This document shows positions 23,446 through 35,499 of a stretch of 64,000 nucleotides of DNA, one piece after another (position 1 is the first letter of the stretch; the number at the start of each line of letters is the position of its first letter). Position numbers and translations under genes: made by a program. The notes under the pieces were generated by a model that saw nothing but the letters and a program-made list of their open reading frames with translations, ran no database searches and was not told where the DNA came from. Location: NCBI GenBank assembly GCA_043228905.1, contig JBHGNT010000013.1, positions 5,022,001 to 5,086,000 on the forward strand, read 5' to 3'. This DNA comes from Azolla caroliniana (taxonomy: Eukaryota > Plantae > Polypodiophyta).

Positions 23446-23971
23446 TTGTAATATTTGTTGATCTAGAGGTTTTTGATTAAATTATTTGCTAAGATCAATT
23501 CGTATAAAGTGATGTATGTTTAAGGTGTTGGATTCATTTGTTGCCGACATTGGGGATCAAACAATTGTTCAACCATCTCTATTTATCTAGATTATCATGG
23601 ATTATACAAATTGCCACAAAGTTTTTCTTTTTGTTACAAGTTTTTCTTCCGATTTGAAAATGCTTATCAAGAAGAGCTTCAATTGGAAGATGGTGTTTCT
23701 ATCACTTGGAATTAATACCACATGCAAGTCATAGGAATACTCATGTTGCGTTCTTCTTGCTGATCTGGAGAATGGTATGACTTCATTGTACTTTCTTTTC
23801 CTATAAAGATTGGCTAGGTGTTTTATCTTCGTTATCTTTACCTATAAAGATTAGCTAGGGCCGTTCGGCATGCCTTTACAATATTCATTGTATATTAGAC
23901 TACTTTGTATATTGCCTCTGGCCACTTTACTTTTAATACCAATGGAGGATATTTTTTCATGAAAAAAAATA
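23446..23971 (+). mobile_element. Short 5'-truncated LINE (or LINE-mobilised) insertion
   Basis: 18-bp TSD AAAAT(G/T)AGTGTCTTCCAT (23428-23445, 23972-23989), A-rich tail, and a 3' end resembling the other L1 ends in the window. Confidence 0.65.
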
Positions 23972-24374
23972 AAAATTAGTGTCTTCCATGGTTTCACATG
24001 TAACTCGGGTTTCTATGAAGTATAGTTGCTCATTTTCACCACAACAATCCATCGAAAGCAATTTTACCAAGCAATTTTATGTAAAAGAAACATGTTGTCC
24101 TACATTACCTTAAACAAAAGTATTTTCCTACAAGTGATGTCTTTGCTAACATTGAGCTTCAAGGAGGCAATTGATTGCTTTTTAATATGATATTATAAGG
24201 AGAATTGGTGAATAGAAATATAAACTAAAAAAGGTATACACTTTTATCGAGTATTATTTTCTATATGGGCACCGGTTTAGAGTTTACATTGTACTTGGAT
24301 ATTGACTTTACTTCCAAAGTTCCATAATTATAGATAAAAACATTGATAGGATTTTAGGGATTGGGAACAGTGTT

Positions 24375-26230
24375 AACCAAATTAGTACGACAAGGTTGTC
24401 CTGTCCTATAAGTGCATTGTTGTATGCAATTGCAACTCATCCATTACTGTACATGGATCATCTAGTATCAATTGGTCAACTTCATGGTTTGCAAATGAAA
24501 GACGGACATGATTTCGTGGCTCAAGCATATGCAGATGATGCATCATTCCTGTCACAAAACAATCCAAATGATATGAGGGTGCAATCTTCCAATAGCTTAG
24601 CTTTTGTCTCACTTTTTGAGGAACCCATTCAGCCTTTCTTTTCCCTGTTGCATTCCATCCCAATGGAAAACCAAGATGTCTAACCATTTCATTTAGGCTA
24701 ACAACCTGACCTAGCCACAAACGTTGATGCCAGATTGAGGATAGTGCAATCTATATTCATGCCTTATATGCAGTATTACTTAATTATGATTGATTGCCCG
24801 AAACCCATGATACAAAAGATTAACTCAGAAATCATAAACAGCTTTTGGTGCTCTAAGCAGTCGCATAGAGGTATACGACTTCTATCACTAGAGAAGATAT
24901 GCATTCCACGATTGAGTGGAGGGCTAAATTTTCCTAATTTGAATTTGCATATGTTGGCTAGAAAAGCTACTTTATTACCGAAATTTGCTGAAAAAACATT
25001 GCCTTGGGCAAGAATGCTATCTGATATGTTTGATCATTTGAAAACTAAGTCATTTGGCTCATGGGAAACTAACTGTTGGGATGTAGTGTTTGGAAATCTT
25101 GACGGGCACATCAAAGGTTGTCTATTTAGTTCAAAGCTTCTAAAGCACTGGAAGGACGTATTGCACCACATAAAATGGAGAGGTAGGAATTCAGAATTAG
25201 GGAACTCTTTACGCCCCGAAAGCTTACACTAGAGTGCTATATTCCCACAGTCATTAGCTGAACAAGAGCCTAGGAAAGCTTAATTTTTAGCAAGAAGGGG
25301 ATGAAATCAATTGCAGATGTGGTAAATGATCAAGGTCACTTATTGCACTTCAATGACATGACCTGTTGTTATAATCTTGGGCCACATCATCGCGTTATCT
25401 GGAATCAAGTCACTAAGTTGGTGCTTTCTTTAGTACTTGTGCCACCTCTCAATGGAGATTGCAAGATTCAGGATTGGATGTTACAAAAAGGGAACATTGT
25501 TTTTCCAATGCATAACATTACAACACATTTAGATGGATGTTGTTGCAACCTATCCCATGGTTTCACGAACATGCAAATGCATTATGGAACCTACACAAAA
25601 CATAGTTTTGGTGGAATAACAGGCTTGCAAGCTTATGGAGCTCTGGTCTTCCACTTAAGCAATGGGTATTCCTATGGAGAGGCTTATTGGGTGTGCTCTC
25701 GACTGGGTCGAATCTTCAAAAGAGATCAATAGCCTCGCCGCATTGTGCAAGCCTCTCCATAGAGATCAATGTCTCTAAGTTGGAAACGGTCCCACACTTA
25801 TTATGGACTTGCTCATTCACTACAACATTTGTACAAAGACTAACTGCATCACTTCATCATAGATTTCCTAGCCGAAGGTTTGGTAAACACTTTTGGATAT
25901 TTGGACAAATTCCATGCACCCCATCCGACAATGCCTATTTTCTCCAATGGACACGATTTTGGGCACTTTGAACCATTTGGACAACTTGCAATAATAAGGT
26001 CTGACAAAAACCAACTGCATGAAATTAGTTTCTTTAAGAAATCCCTTAGGCAATCTCTATTTGATTGTCTACAACTTAGAGACATTACAACCCAAATTTA
26101 CAACCTTTACTTTGAGTGCTTTTAAGCTCTTTAGTGTCTAATTGACACTTGTATATTTTTCTTTATTCTTTGTGGGTTTTCACCTCACTTTGAGGTTTCC
26201 CACTAGTAATAAAAGTTTTACTAAAAAAAA
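24375..26230 (+). mobile_element. 5'-truncated L1 LINE (RT C-terminus and zf-RVT), degenerate
   Basis: VRQG.CPISALLY, AYADD, GGLNF, ETVPHLLWTC motifs; AATAAA then poly(A); about 19-bp TSD AGGGATTGGGA.CA.TGTT (24356-24374, 26231-26249). Confidence 0.88.
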
Positions 26231-26245
26231 AGGGATTGGGACCAT

Positions 26246-27778
26246 TGTTGGACAAAGTTTTTAACCCCTATCGGAAATTTTCCAGCTGCGTTGTCGCGAG
26301 GTTTCGCACGCGTGTGTTACTTGGGCGGGACCACGAGGGTCTCGGACTAGGGAGTACTCAAGGGATAGAGAAGACCCAAGGTTTGCTTTATGACAACACT
26401 ACTTCCCCACCCCTTCCGGAGCAAGGTCTCGTTCCCCTTTTGTTTTGTGAGGCCGGTGGCTCTCGTTGATCACGACTCGTCGACCTTTCGAGATCACCGT
26501 ACGAGCCAAGTGACCAAACGAGTACAAGCAAGATGAGCACGCAACATGAACGCACAAGGGGACGATAACACAAACACGAATGTCCGTATGGCTTTATGAG
26601 GAGGAGAGGTGCATGGGAGCGCCTGAACGCTCCCTCGTGACAAGACGTCGAACGTACGAGGAAGACACAAAATACACGCACAAAATGCTCGTATGCCTTT
26701 ATGAGGAGGAGAGGTGCATGGGCAAGCCCGAACGGTCCCCTCGTCACAAGACGGCCGAACGTACAAGAAAGACACGAATAAAGAAAGAAGGAGAGAAAGA
26801 AACACGAACAATATTGACCAAAGAGTTAAATACGTGTTTGATTCTAATGCAAGAGGACCCTTTATAAAATAGGGTTTTTTTTTTACAATGGCAACTTATA
26901 GTTAACCACAAGCTCAATCAAAACATAAATATTAAATGCCCTTAGAGACAAGGCAAAACCGAACACGGCGAAGACGAACACACGAGCACCACCAAAATGC
27001 CAATCCCAACGAACCACGACCACCCGAACGGCAAGCACACGGGCTCGCAACGACGAACGGGGCGGAGCAACGTCGAGCCAACGAAGCTTGGGCTCACGAG
27101 CACGTGGCGATGGGGGGATGAAGGGGTATGAGATGAAGAAAAGTGGTGAATAAGGAGATGAAGAGTTTCGAAGGAAAATTGGCAATAGTCTCCTCCTCCC
27201 AAAACGTCCCTCCAAATGAGCCCCCCTCGACCTCCTTTTATAGGAAAAAAGAAGGGGGGGGTCGCCAAATTTGTCTTCAATGAAAAAGGAATAAAATTCC
27301 TTAAATCACACTACACTATAAGACTAGATTCGAACCATGCACCTCTAGCTAATAGTCAATGTGACTATCCACTAACCCACTAACTCTTTCTTATATAAAT
27401 TTATAACATGTCTCCTGTGTACCCTTTATCTCACCTCTCTCTTACTTTTTGCACGAGCTTCTATACCTCCCTTTTACCCTTTCTTTTCCTTTTTATTTTG
27501 CATATACACAATTAATCGCTTTTGTGTGCACACACATTGCACATGCACATTTTTGACCCCCCTTTTCGCCGGTTTTTCCCACCCTAGAGCACGCCACATC
27601 ACGACAGCGTATGATCCTAACCGGAAATTAAAAGTTTTAACCAACCATTTTCCTACGAGTGAGGTCAGCCGGAACATGTTAAAATTTATTTTTTACCACA
27701 TACCTGTTGAGCGAGCAAGTTAAACATGATCCGGATCGGTGTCCAGAACGAAAAGCTGGATCAGTGTCTGGATTTTTG
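26246..27778 (-). mobile_element. Probable long gypsy-type LTR, truncated by the adjacent copia
   Basis: On the minus strand it ends GTCCAACA, has TATAAAA at 27236-27242, 105-bp direct repeats and no coding motifs. The other end is not seen. Confidence 0.45.
27318..27387 (-). other. tRNA-derived Pol III A/B-box cassette
   Basis: A box TGGGTTAGTGG (27369-27379) and B box GGTTCGAATC (27327-27336) at tRNA spacing. Confidence 0.55.
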
Positions 27779-28350
27779 TGTAATCGATAGGCCGTTAGAG
27801 GCCTACGATCCTAGCCTAGTACGTAGGCACATTCTTGGGAGTTATTGTCAGTCGCTCGGTACGAGCATTGAAGTACTTGTCAATCCTTTCAAGGATTTCT
27901 ATAAAAGTGCTCATAGAGCATATTGTATGTACAAAGTGTTCATTATTTGAAATACAAGTTTTGTTGTCTACTCTCTCTATCTCTCTCTCACCTACTTTGC
28001 GTATTCCATTCTCTGTGTTTTCTGTTGCTATCCGGCTGAGCCGGTTGTGGTCTATTTAGGTTCCGCACGCTACTTTTACATGGTATTAGAGTGTGAGGGT
28101 TAGAACATCCTTTGTTGCCGACAAGAGCCTTCAACACAAAAAAAGACCTAACACTAGGTAAGAACAAACAAGAAGAGAAATGGACAGAGGTATGGGAAGC
28201 TCGACAGGAGCAACTATGCATCTTGGTCTTACAAGATGCACCAATACCTGTTAGGACATGGGTATTGGAGTTATGTCGCAGGAGCAAATGATGCACCACC
28301 GGATTCAACACATAGGGATTTTACGGCTTGGGAACAGTCGAGTTGTAGAG
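27779..28350 (+). mobile_element. Copia 5' LTR (27779-28080), PBS and gag start
   Basis: TGTAATC...TTTTACA then TGGTATTAGAG; gag KLDRSNYASWSYKMHQYLLGHGYWSYV. Same family as 1-893. Confidence 0.82.
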
Positions 28351-28411
28351 AATATGCTGTCATTCTTCGAGTTGCAATCCATGCTTCTCGTTGAAGAGAA
28401 CCACGTGGGTG

Positions 28412-28832
28412 TGTTGACGAATACACATGCTGACAACAAGATGTTGTACATGGAGGAAGATAGGCCCTGTGTGTTGTCCGCCAGAATTGTAACCACCGGA
28501 CATGGCGTGTAAAATATAAAATATAAAATATATTAGAAGCATTAGGAAACGTATGTAACAGTTCACGCGAGGAGCGTGACCGACTAAAAGCCCTGTGTAT
28601 ATAAAGGGAAGAAATCCTCTGTAAGAGGGAACGTGTAATTTTTGGGAGTGAAACTTTTGTAATAGAGTCCTATCTTCTCTGATCTCTTTGTCTGTCTGTG
28701 TAAGTAGTCTACTATCTTGGCGTTGCATTCTGATTCGTAACTGTGGGTTGTAAGCGTAGGGTAAGTGCGTTCTCCCCTTCGCAATTAGACGATACGTTTT
28801 GCTTAGTATCCTGTTACTATTCACACCCAACA
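28412..28832 (+). mobile_element. Copia-type LTR
   Basis: TGTTG...CCCAACA ends and internal TATATAAA; no partner LTR in the window. Confidence 0.55.
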
Positions 28833-29169
28833 CAGACCTGTTCCTTGTAACACAATCGCCTTGAAGTCTACCTCAAAGGACCGAGCATAGACAGTGTTCC
28901 TAATAGGTAACACTTTTGGCATGCCTAGTGATCTGTGATTCCTCGCAAACGAGCATCAAGGAATGGATGTCTAGCCGTAGAAGACCCAGAGAACCGACCT
29001 GACAGGATCGACCACTGACGAGGTCTATCACTCGTTAGACAGAAGAGCACGCTAAGCGAAAACCTCGTCTCAGCGACCACGACGTTTCCTTTTAGGAGTT
29101 CAAGATCGACCCCACGCTCATTGAACACCGCGACGTCAAGCAGGAAGCTATGAGCCGAATCTGAGTCGA

Positions 29170-30873
29170 ACGACTCAGAGAGACCGACTGACTACGAGTC
29201 AGAGTCGGTAGAGCTGCAAAGGTCAATTGATGAATATGAGTTGGAGTTGTCCAACCAGGAGAGGCCGATTGACGAGCAGAGAGAAGAGTTGGCAGAGACA
29301 TCCAAAAGAGAGCCAACAATGAGTGGAAGAAGATACCCACTCAGGGAGAGGAAAGCACGGACTACATATGCTAGCCAATACATCCTCTAGATTGATGAAG
29401 GTGAATCGGAGTGCTATGAAGAAGCCATTACCGATGAGCACAGAGCGAAATGGCTGAGCGCGATGCAAGATGAGTTGGAATCCTTGCACGAGAATTACAC
29501 CTACGACTTGGTAGAGTTGCCGAAAGGTAAGAGAGCACTCAGGAATAAATGGGTCTACAAAGTGAAGACTGGAGAAGCCGACAGTGAGCCCAAGTATAAA
29601 GCCCGCATAGTGGTGAAGGGTTTTCAACAGAAAAAGGGCGTCGACTTTGACGAAATATTCGCACCAGTCATGAAGATGACATCCATTTGAATTGTTTTGA
29701 GCATAACGGCCAATATGGATTGGGAGATCGAACAATTGGATGTCAAAACCGCATTTCTGCACGGGGAGCTAGAAGAAGAAATCTATATGCAGCAACCCGA
29801 AGGCTTTGAGGAGAAAGGGAAAGAGAATCTGGTGTGTTGACTAAAGAAAAGCTTGTATGGTTTGAAACAAGCTCCACCATGACGCCAGTGGTACAAGAAG
29901 TTCGAGTCCTTCATGATGGAACATCGGTTCTAGAAAACACAGGCCGATCATTGTGTGTTCATCAAAAGGTATGAAGAAGGAGACTTCTTGATTCTCACCG
30001 AATCAGGGATGAAGCAAAAGGAGCTTTGGCTTCACTGTGATAGCCAGAGTGCCATACATCTTGCCAAGAATGCTGCATACCACTCCTAGACCAAGCATAT
30101 ACAAAGAAGGTATCACTTGTTGCGGGAGAGAGTTGAAGAAGGAGAGTTTTCCTTGGTGAAGATCCATACTGAAGACAATGGATCCGACATGCTGACGAAG
30201 AACCTACCTATGGATAGACTCAGAGTCTGTCGACAGAAGACATGACTGACTGACTTCCTCCCACAAGAGTGAAGGGGGAGTTTGTTGGGAATATGTCCCT
30301 CCAGTGGGAGGAGGAACCGACAATCCAGAAGTTGCTGACAATCGATGACTACGAGGAGCCGACTGATTGGACCAAGGATTGCCGATAGTCGAAGACAGGG
30401 AAAATCCGACTGTTCCAAAAGCCAACAGTCGAAGAGTCAAAAACAGTGAGTTGACTGTTATTATTATAGCAATAATAATAATGATACGTAGAAGAGGCTA
30501 CATTTGTAAATAGCCCATACAATGTATAAGTATAAATACACTTAGGGCAAAATGTGAGATGTAGACAGTAGTAGAACAGAAGTAGTGCGAGAGCGTGTGT
30601 GTTAGAGAGTGAGTGAGAGCGGCGCCATAGCTGTGTGCGTAACAACAGACGCCAAGAACCCTACGTGGCTGATACATTGGAAGGAGTGTTGTAACATTTT
30701 GTGTTGTATATCCACTATACATAGTGAAGCTCTGTTCCCATGGTTTTCTCCCGTTTTAGGGTTTCCACATTAAATCTCTGTGCACCATTGTTGTCCTGTT
30801 TTTTTTGGCATATCTGTGATTCGTATTTCAGCACAATTCGCTTATTGTGATTTGACCGAACGATTTCTCAACA
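29170..30873 (+). mobile_element. Degenerate copia RT/RNase H with PPT and 3' LTR (30283-30873)
   Basis: KARIVVKGF, QLDVKTAFLHG, KSLYGLKQAP, CDSQSAIHLAKN, TKHI motifs; PPT GAAGGGGGAG; LTR TGTTGG...TCAACA. Confidence 0.85.
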
Positions 30874-31120
30874 ATTCCTTGGGTACAACGATGATGAGTT
30901 TGGGTACCGAGTGTGGGACTTGGTTGACAAGAAGGACTTCCGGAGTTGAGACATAGTCTTCATGGAAGACAAGAACATTGCTAACTGGGAGTCAGAGAAG
31001 AAGATAGTGAACTCCGGGTCGACAGACAAAAATTGGGTGGAAGATGCAAGGACACATCCTGTCGAAAGCCGGATGTCAGCCGAAGACCATGATGAACCGG
31101 CCAGATTCGGACAAAGATAA

Positions 31121-31630
31121 TGTCATGGACATGACAACAGTCATGTCAAGATTCAATCTCTTGATTCACCTCTTGTATATAGTCAACTGTATGTTCTAAC
31201 TAACACACCCAAATACATGGTCATGTTATTCATATCTTAGTAGATTATCTATTCCAAGCTCTGGGAGTTTTTGGAAGCTTCTAGAAAGCTCCAAAAGCTT
31301 CTACAGAAAATGGGTTGATGCATGGAATTACATGTGCAACCCACAAAAATGTATAAATACTTGTAATTTCCTTGATCCCTTTCAAGGGATTCTACGCCAG
31401 TCATTGACACATCAATCTAGTATTCTTGTTTAGCCCCATCTTCTCTCCTTGGTTTACATCTCTAACTTTATGGTCTTGTATTGTTCCTAACATCTTAAGT
31501 TCCTCATCTCATTGTTCCCAACTTCCTGAGTTTCTAGCCTTATCACGTCGCATTCTAGGTTCGTAACCTTCTTGGTTGTAACATCGTCATGTGTGCTTTG
31601 TCGTAGTCTAGGGCTGGTGTGTCCGTGACA
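31121..31630 (+). mobile_element. Solo LTR (TGTCA...TGACA), chromovirus-like
   Basis: Terminal inverted TGTCA/TGACA, TATAAATA near 31353, then a short palindrome. No TSD; the flanking copia pieces are in opposite orientations. Confidence 0.6.
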
Positions 31631-34079
31631 CCAACTTCTCTGCCTTTATCTTCGGGCTCTATTTTTCGGACAGCTTGGAGTTAGTTGGAAGTGTTGACTC
31701 GACCGGCTTCGCATCTGACATGCCGAACCTTTGAAGTACCTTTGTCACGTACTTCTCTTGTGACATCCACAACTATTTCTTCGACTGGTCTCAGATTATA
31801 TGCACCCATGATCTGTCTTGCCAGGCCTAGATCTTTTATTGAGGAGGTTCGGTTCAAGGCCTTCTTTAGCATTCCGTTTTGATTTGGTCTAGTCTGACAA
31901 CCAACATGTCATCCACATAGAACAGGAGTATCAGAAAGTCGCCTCCGTCAAATTTCTTCACGAACACGTAGTGGTCAGCCAACGTCTTGTGGTATCCTTG
32001 ATCGGTCATGAAGGAATTGAACTTCTGGTACCATTTCCGGGGAGCTTGCTTCAGTCCGTATAAGCTTTTCTTCAACCGGCACACTAGGTTCTCCTTCCCT
32101 TTCTTGACAAATCCCTCAGGTTGTTGCATTTAGATCTCTTCTTCGAAGTCACCGTGCAGGAATGTCGTCTTGACGTCTAACTGCTTGACCTTGAGATCCA
32201 TGCTTGCTGCAATGCTCAACACAGTCTAGATGGATGTCATCTTGACTACTGGGGTAAAGATCTCGTCCAAATCTAGTCCCTTTTTCTACTAGAAGCCCTT
32301 CACCACAATGTGGGCTTTGTACCTCGGTGGATTTCTGGCTTCTCCTAGTTTCAGCTTGTACATCCACTTCCTTTGGAGGTTTCTCTTTCCTTTCGGCAGC
32401 TTCGTCAATTTGTACGTATGGTTCTCATGTAGGGAATCCATTTCATCCTGCATGGCACTCAACCACTTGTGGTTGTGGGTGTCCCTCATTGCTTCTTCAA
32501 GGTTTTCCGGTTCCCCTCGTCGGTTAGTAATATTCGTTCTTCTTTCGGAAATATCTGAGGGGCTCTTCTTTCCATTAGAGGATATCTCCGACCCTGGTTT
32601 CTGACCACCAGTTCCTCCGTCTTTTCTTCATCCGAATCCGATTCGGGGTCTTGATAGGTCCAATGTCTAATTCTTCTTCTTCTTCTTCCATCAGTTCGTT
32701 TTCTTGTCCGACTCCAACTGGTTCTTCGAGTGTCATCTGGCTTCTAGTCGGATGGGTCCTTGCATCTTTCAACTGATCTCTATCGGTTAACCTGGAGTTC
32801 CCTGTCTTCCATGAAGATTATGTCTCGACTCGGGAAAACCTTCTTGTCGACCAAGTCCCACACTCGATAACCAAACTCATCATCACCGTATCCAAGGAAT
32901 ATGCATAGTCGAGACTTCAGATCCAATTTCGTACCCTTGTCCTTTGCTATGTGTACATAGGCGAGACAACCAAACACCTTCACATGTCGGTAGGATACGT
33001 CTTTACCTGTCCATACTCTCTGGAGTGTGTCTCCATCCAAGGGTTTTGAGGGTGATCTATTTACCACATAGGTCGTCGTCATCAACACCTCCGCCCAAAA
33101 TGTTAGCATGCTTCAGACTCTCTCCATCACAGTCCGATTCATCCTTTTCGCAATCCATTCAGCTCCGGTGTCTTCGGTATAGTAAATTTGAGCGGGGTTC
33201 GCTTCGACTGGCAGTACTCCTCGAATTGCCCCCGGTATTCACCTCCGTTGTTCGCTCGAACCACCTTCAACTTCCAGTCGGTTTCCCTTTCCACTCTCGC
33301 TTGGAAATTCTTGAAGATGGATAATACCTGGTCCTTTGTCTTTAGCGGTGAGACCCTGTTATGTACACATAACGTTGGTGAGGGTAGGTCACTAATATTT
33401 ACATTAGTGAAGGGTATGTTCACTATTATTAAAAAGGGGACTAATGATTGGATAGAATGAATGATATGTGCATGCACTATCATGATTTAGACAACCAATG
33501 AATAGAGAGCCTTTTAGAAAGGCACATCTATTCAAGGGGCCTAGGAAAAGGTATAAATATGAGGCTTCGCTACCCTCATAAGGATCATCACGTCGGAAGG
33601 CTGCTGTCGTAGACACCGGTGGTGCGGGCTAGGCTTTCGTCTCGACGATCGTGTTTATCTCTTCCAAGGTATTAGTCATCCTAATATCCGGCGGTATGGG
33701 ACGTCGGTGGTAGGTTGGCTATGTCTAGATCATAGCTCGGGGGTGGTCGGGTGGAACGGGTTCTTCTATCCAATCTATTTTCTTCCTTATTACTTGATTT
33801 GGTCTATTGATTAGTAATAGACTCTTAACAGTGGTATCAGAGCTTTTACTAACAATTTTTTTGTTGTTTTGATGTTTTTTGCGTGTGAGCGAGGGGGATC
33901 TAACAAGGCTCGTCATGCTCTTCTCAGGATCAAAACAACACTCTAAACCCGGTATTCTTCTTTTTTGATCTCTTCTCTTTTTCTATTATGTGTTCTTTAT
34001 GGTCGAATCAAATTGGTATTACGTTTTATTCTCTTTCTTTCTACCTCCTACTACGCTACGATTTTACTTATTATTATGC

Positions 34080-34520
34080 ATCGGGCCGAGCGTGTTTGCA
34101 CTAATCGCACACGCTCAACTCATGGCCTTTTGCATATTGCGATATATATCCCACTCTCTCCTCTCTTGAACTCTTACGATAATAATTATTCTTGTGCATT
34201 GGGTCGAGCGTGTTTGCTCTAATCGCACACGCTTATCTCATGGCCGTTTTGCATATGATGTTGAGTATACCACTCTTCCCCTCTATTGAGCCATCACTTG
34301 GCCGATTCTAAGGGATGATGTGGCCTTGACAAGGTATATGTAGCTTACATATGCCACTTTCCTTTTTAATTAGCCATCAATTGGCCGATTCTAAGGGATG
34401 ATGTGGCCTTGACGAGGTATATGTCACTTACCTATGCCACTTTCCTCTTTAATTAGCCATTACTTGGCCGATTCTAGGGATATGTGGTGGTCTTGAGGAG
34501 GTGCATGTCAACTACCCTAG
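34080..34520. repeat. Tandem repeats in the chromovirus 5' UTR (about 2 x 120 bp and 3 x 80 bp)
   Basis: CGAGCGTGTTTGC.CTAATCGCACACGC twice; GCCAT.A.TTGGCCGATTCTA.GGGA three times. Confidence 0.8.
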
Positions 34521-35499
34521 GGTTTCGTATCTTAGGGCATGTTTGATTCCATACACCTAATTGTTGATTATTCTAATTAAATTTTAATTTCATAAGTAGT
34601 GTTTCACTTATATGATTTTCTAGTAATTATTATTTACCCGCCCACAATTAACTCTCCTTTTTCCACTTCCTTTTCATGTATAAAGTATTTACATCGTTTA
34701 TTTTAATGTAACCTTTACGTGTAGACTATTTTTTCGTATGGAGTGGCTTGTTGAACGATTTTTTTCAACGGGTCATCTAGGTTTAACTCTTATCATCAAG
34801 CCTTAGAAAACGAGTAAAACCATATGAGTTCCCTTATTGATGTTTTACTCATGGATCTGAGTATTACATCTTTGCGCACAACACCGTCATCACTTGTATC
34901 AATTTGTGGCTTATGTCACAATTGTGCAAGTTATAACAATCATATTGGGATGTATATGTGCATACCTTGCACTTCCCATTTATTTGTGACATTGTTTTTT
35001 TCGTAGGTAACACATGGGTTCTTTTTTTTTTACCCTTGTTTTCGTCACTACTTAACTCTTATGAGTAGTGCCTTATTTTATCATTTTATCATCACGTTTG
35101 CTTATTGCTCGCAAGACTAGAATATTACTTGTGAGTGCACTTGTTTTTTCACGTAATACACTTTCTCGACCATATAATACATGATGGGTTGGCATTAATA
35201 TAAGGCTATCTAGGAAATTTCATTGATGTAAGAACCATGGTTGAGCCTCGGGGAGCCGCCATGATTACTCAAGATAGAGATCCGAGAAATACATCTTAGC
35301 TATGTTTTCCCCCATGGTTTTTAAAACACCATAGTGTTACCATAGTTATCGGATCTCGAATCACATCTCATATGTCTAGAGGGGTAAAGACATGAGATAC
35401 TTTCTTGGATAAAGTTCTTTCAATCAAAATTTCAAGCATTCATTTTGCTTGTGTATTTTCTGAACCTCCTTATTTTATTACATACCCACAGCGTGCATC

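Noticed and set aside
26575-26790. Possible hammerhead ribozyme / retrozyme repeats
   Set aside because: No CTGANGA...GAAA core seen on either strand.
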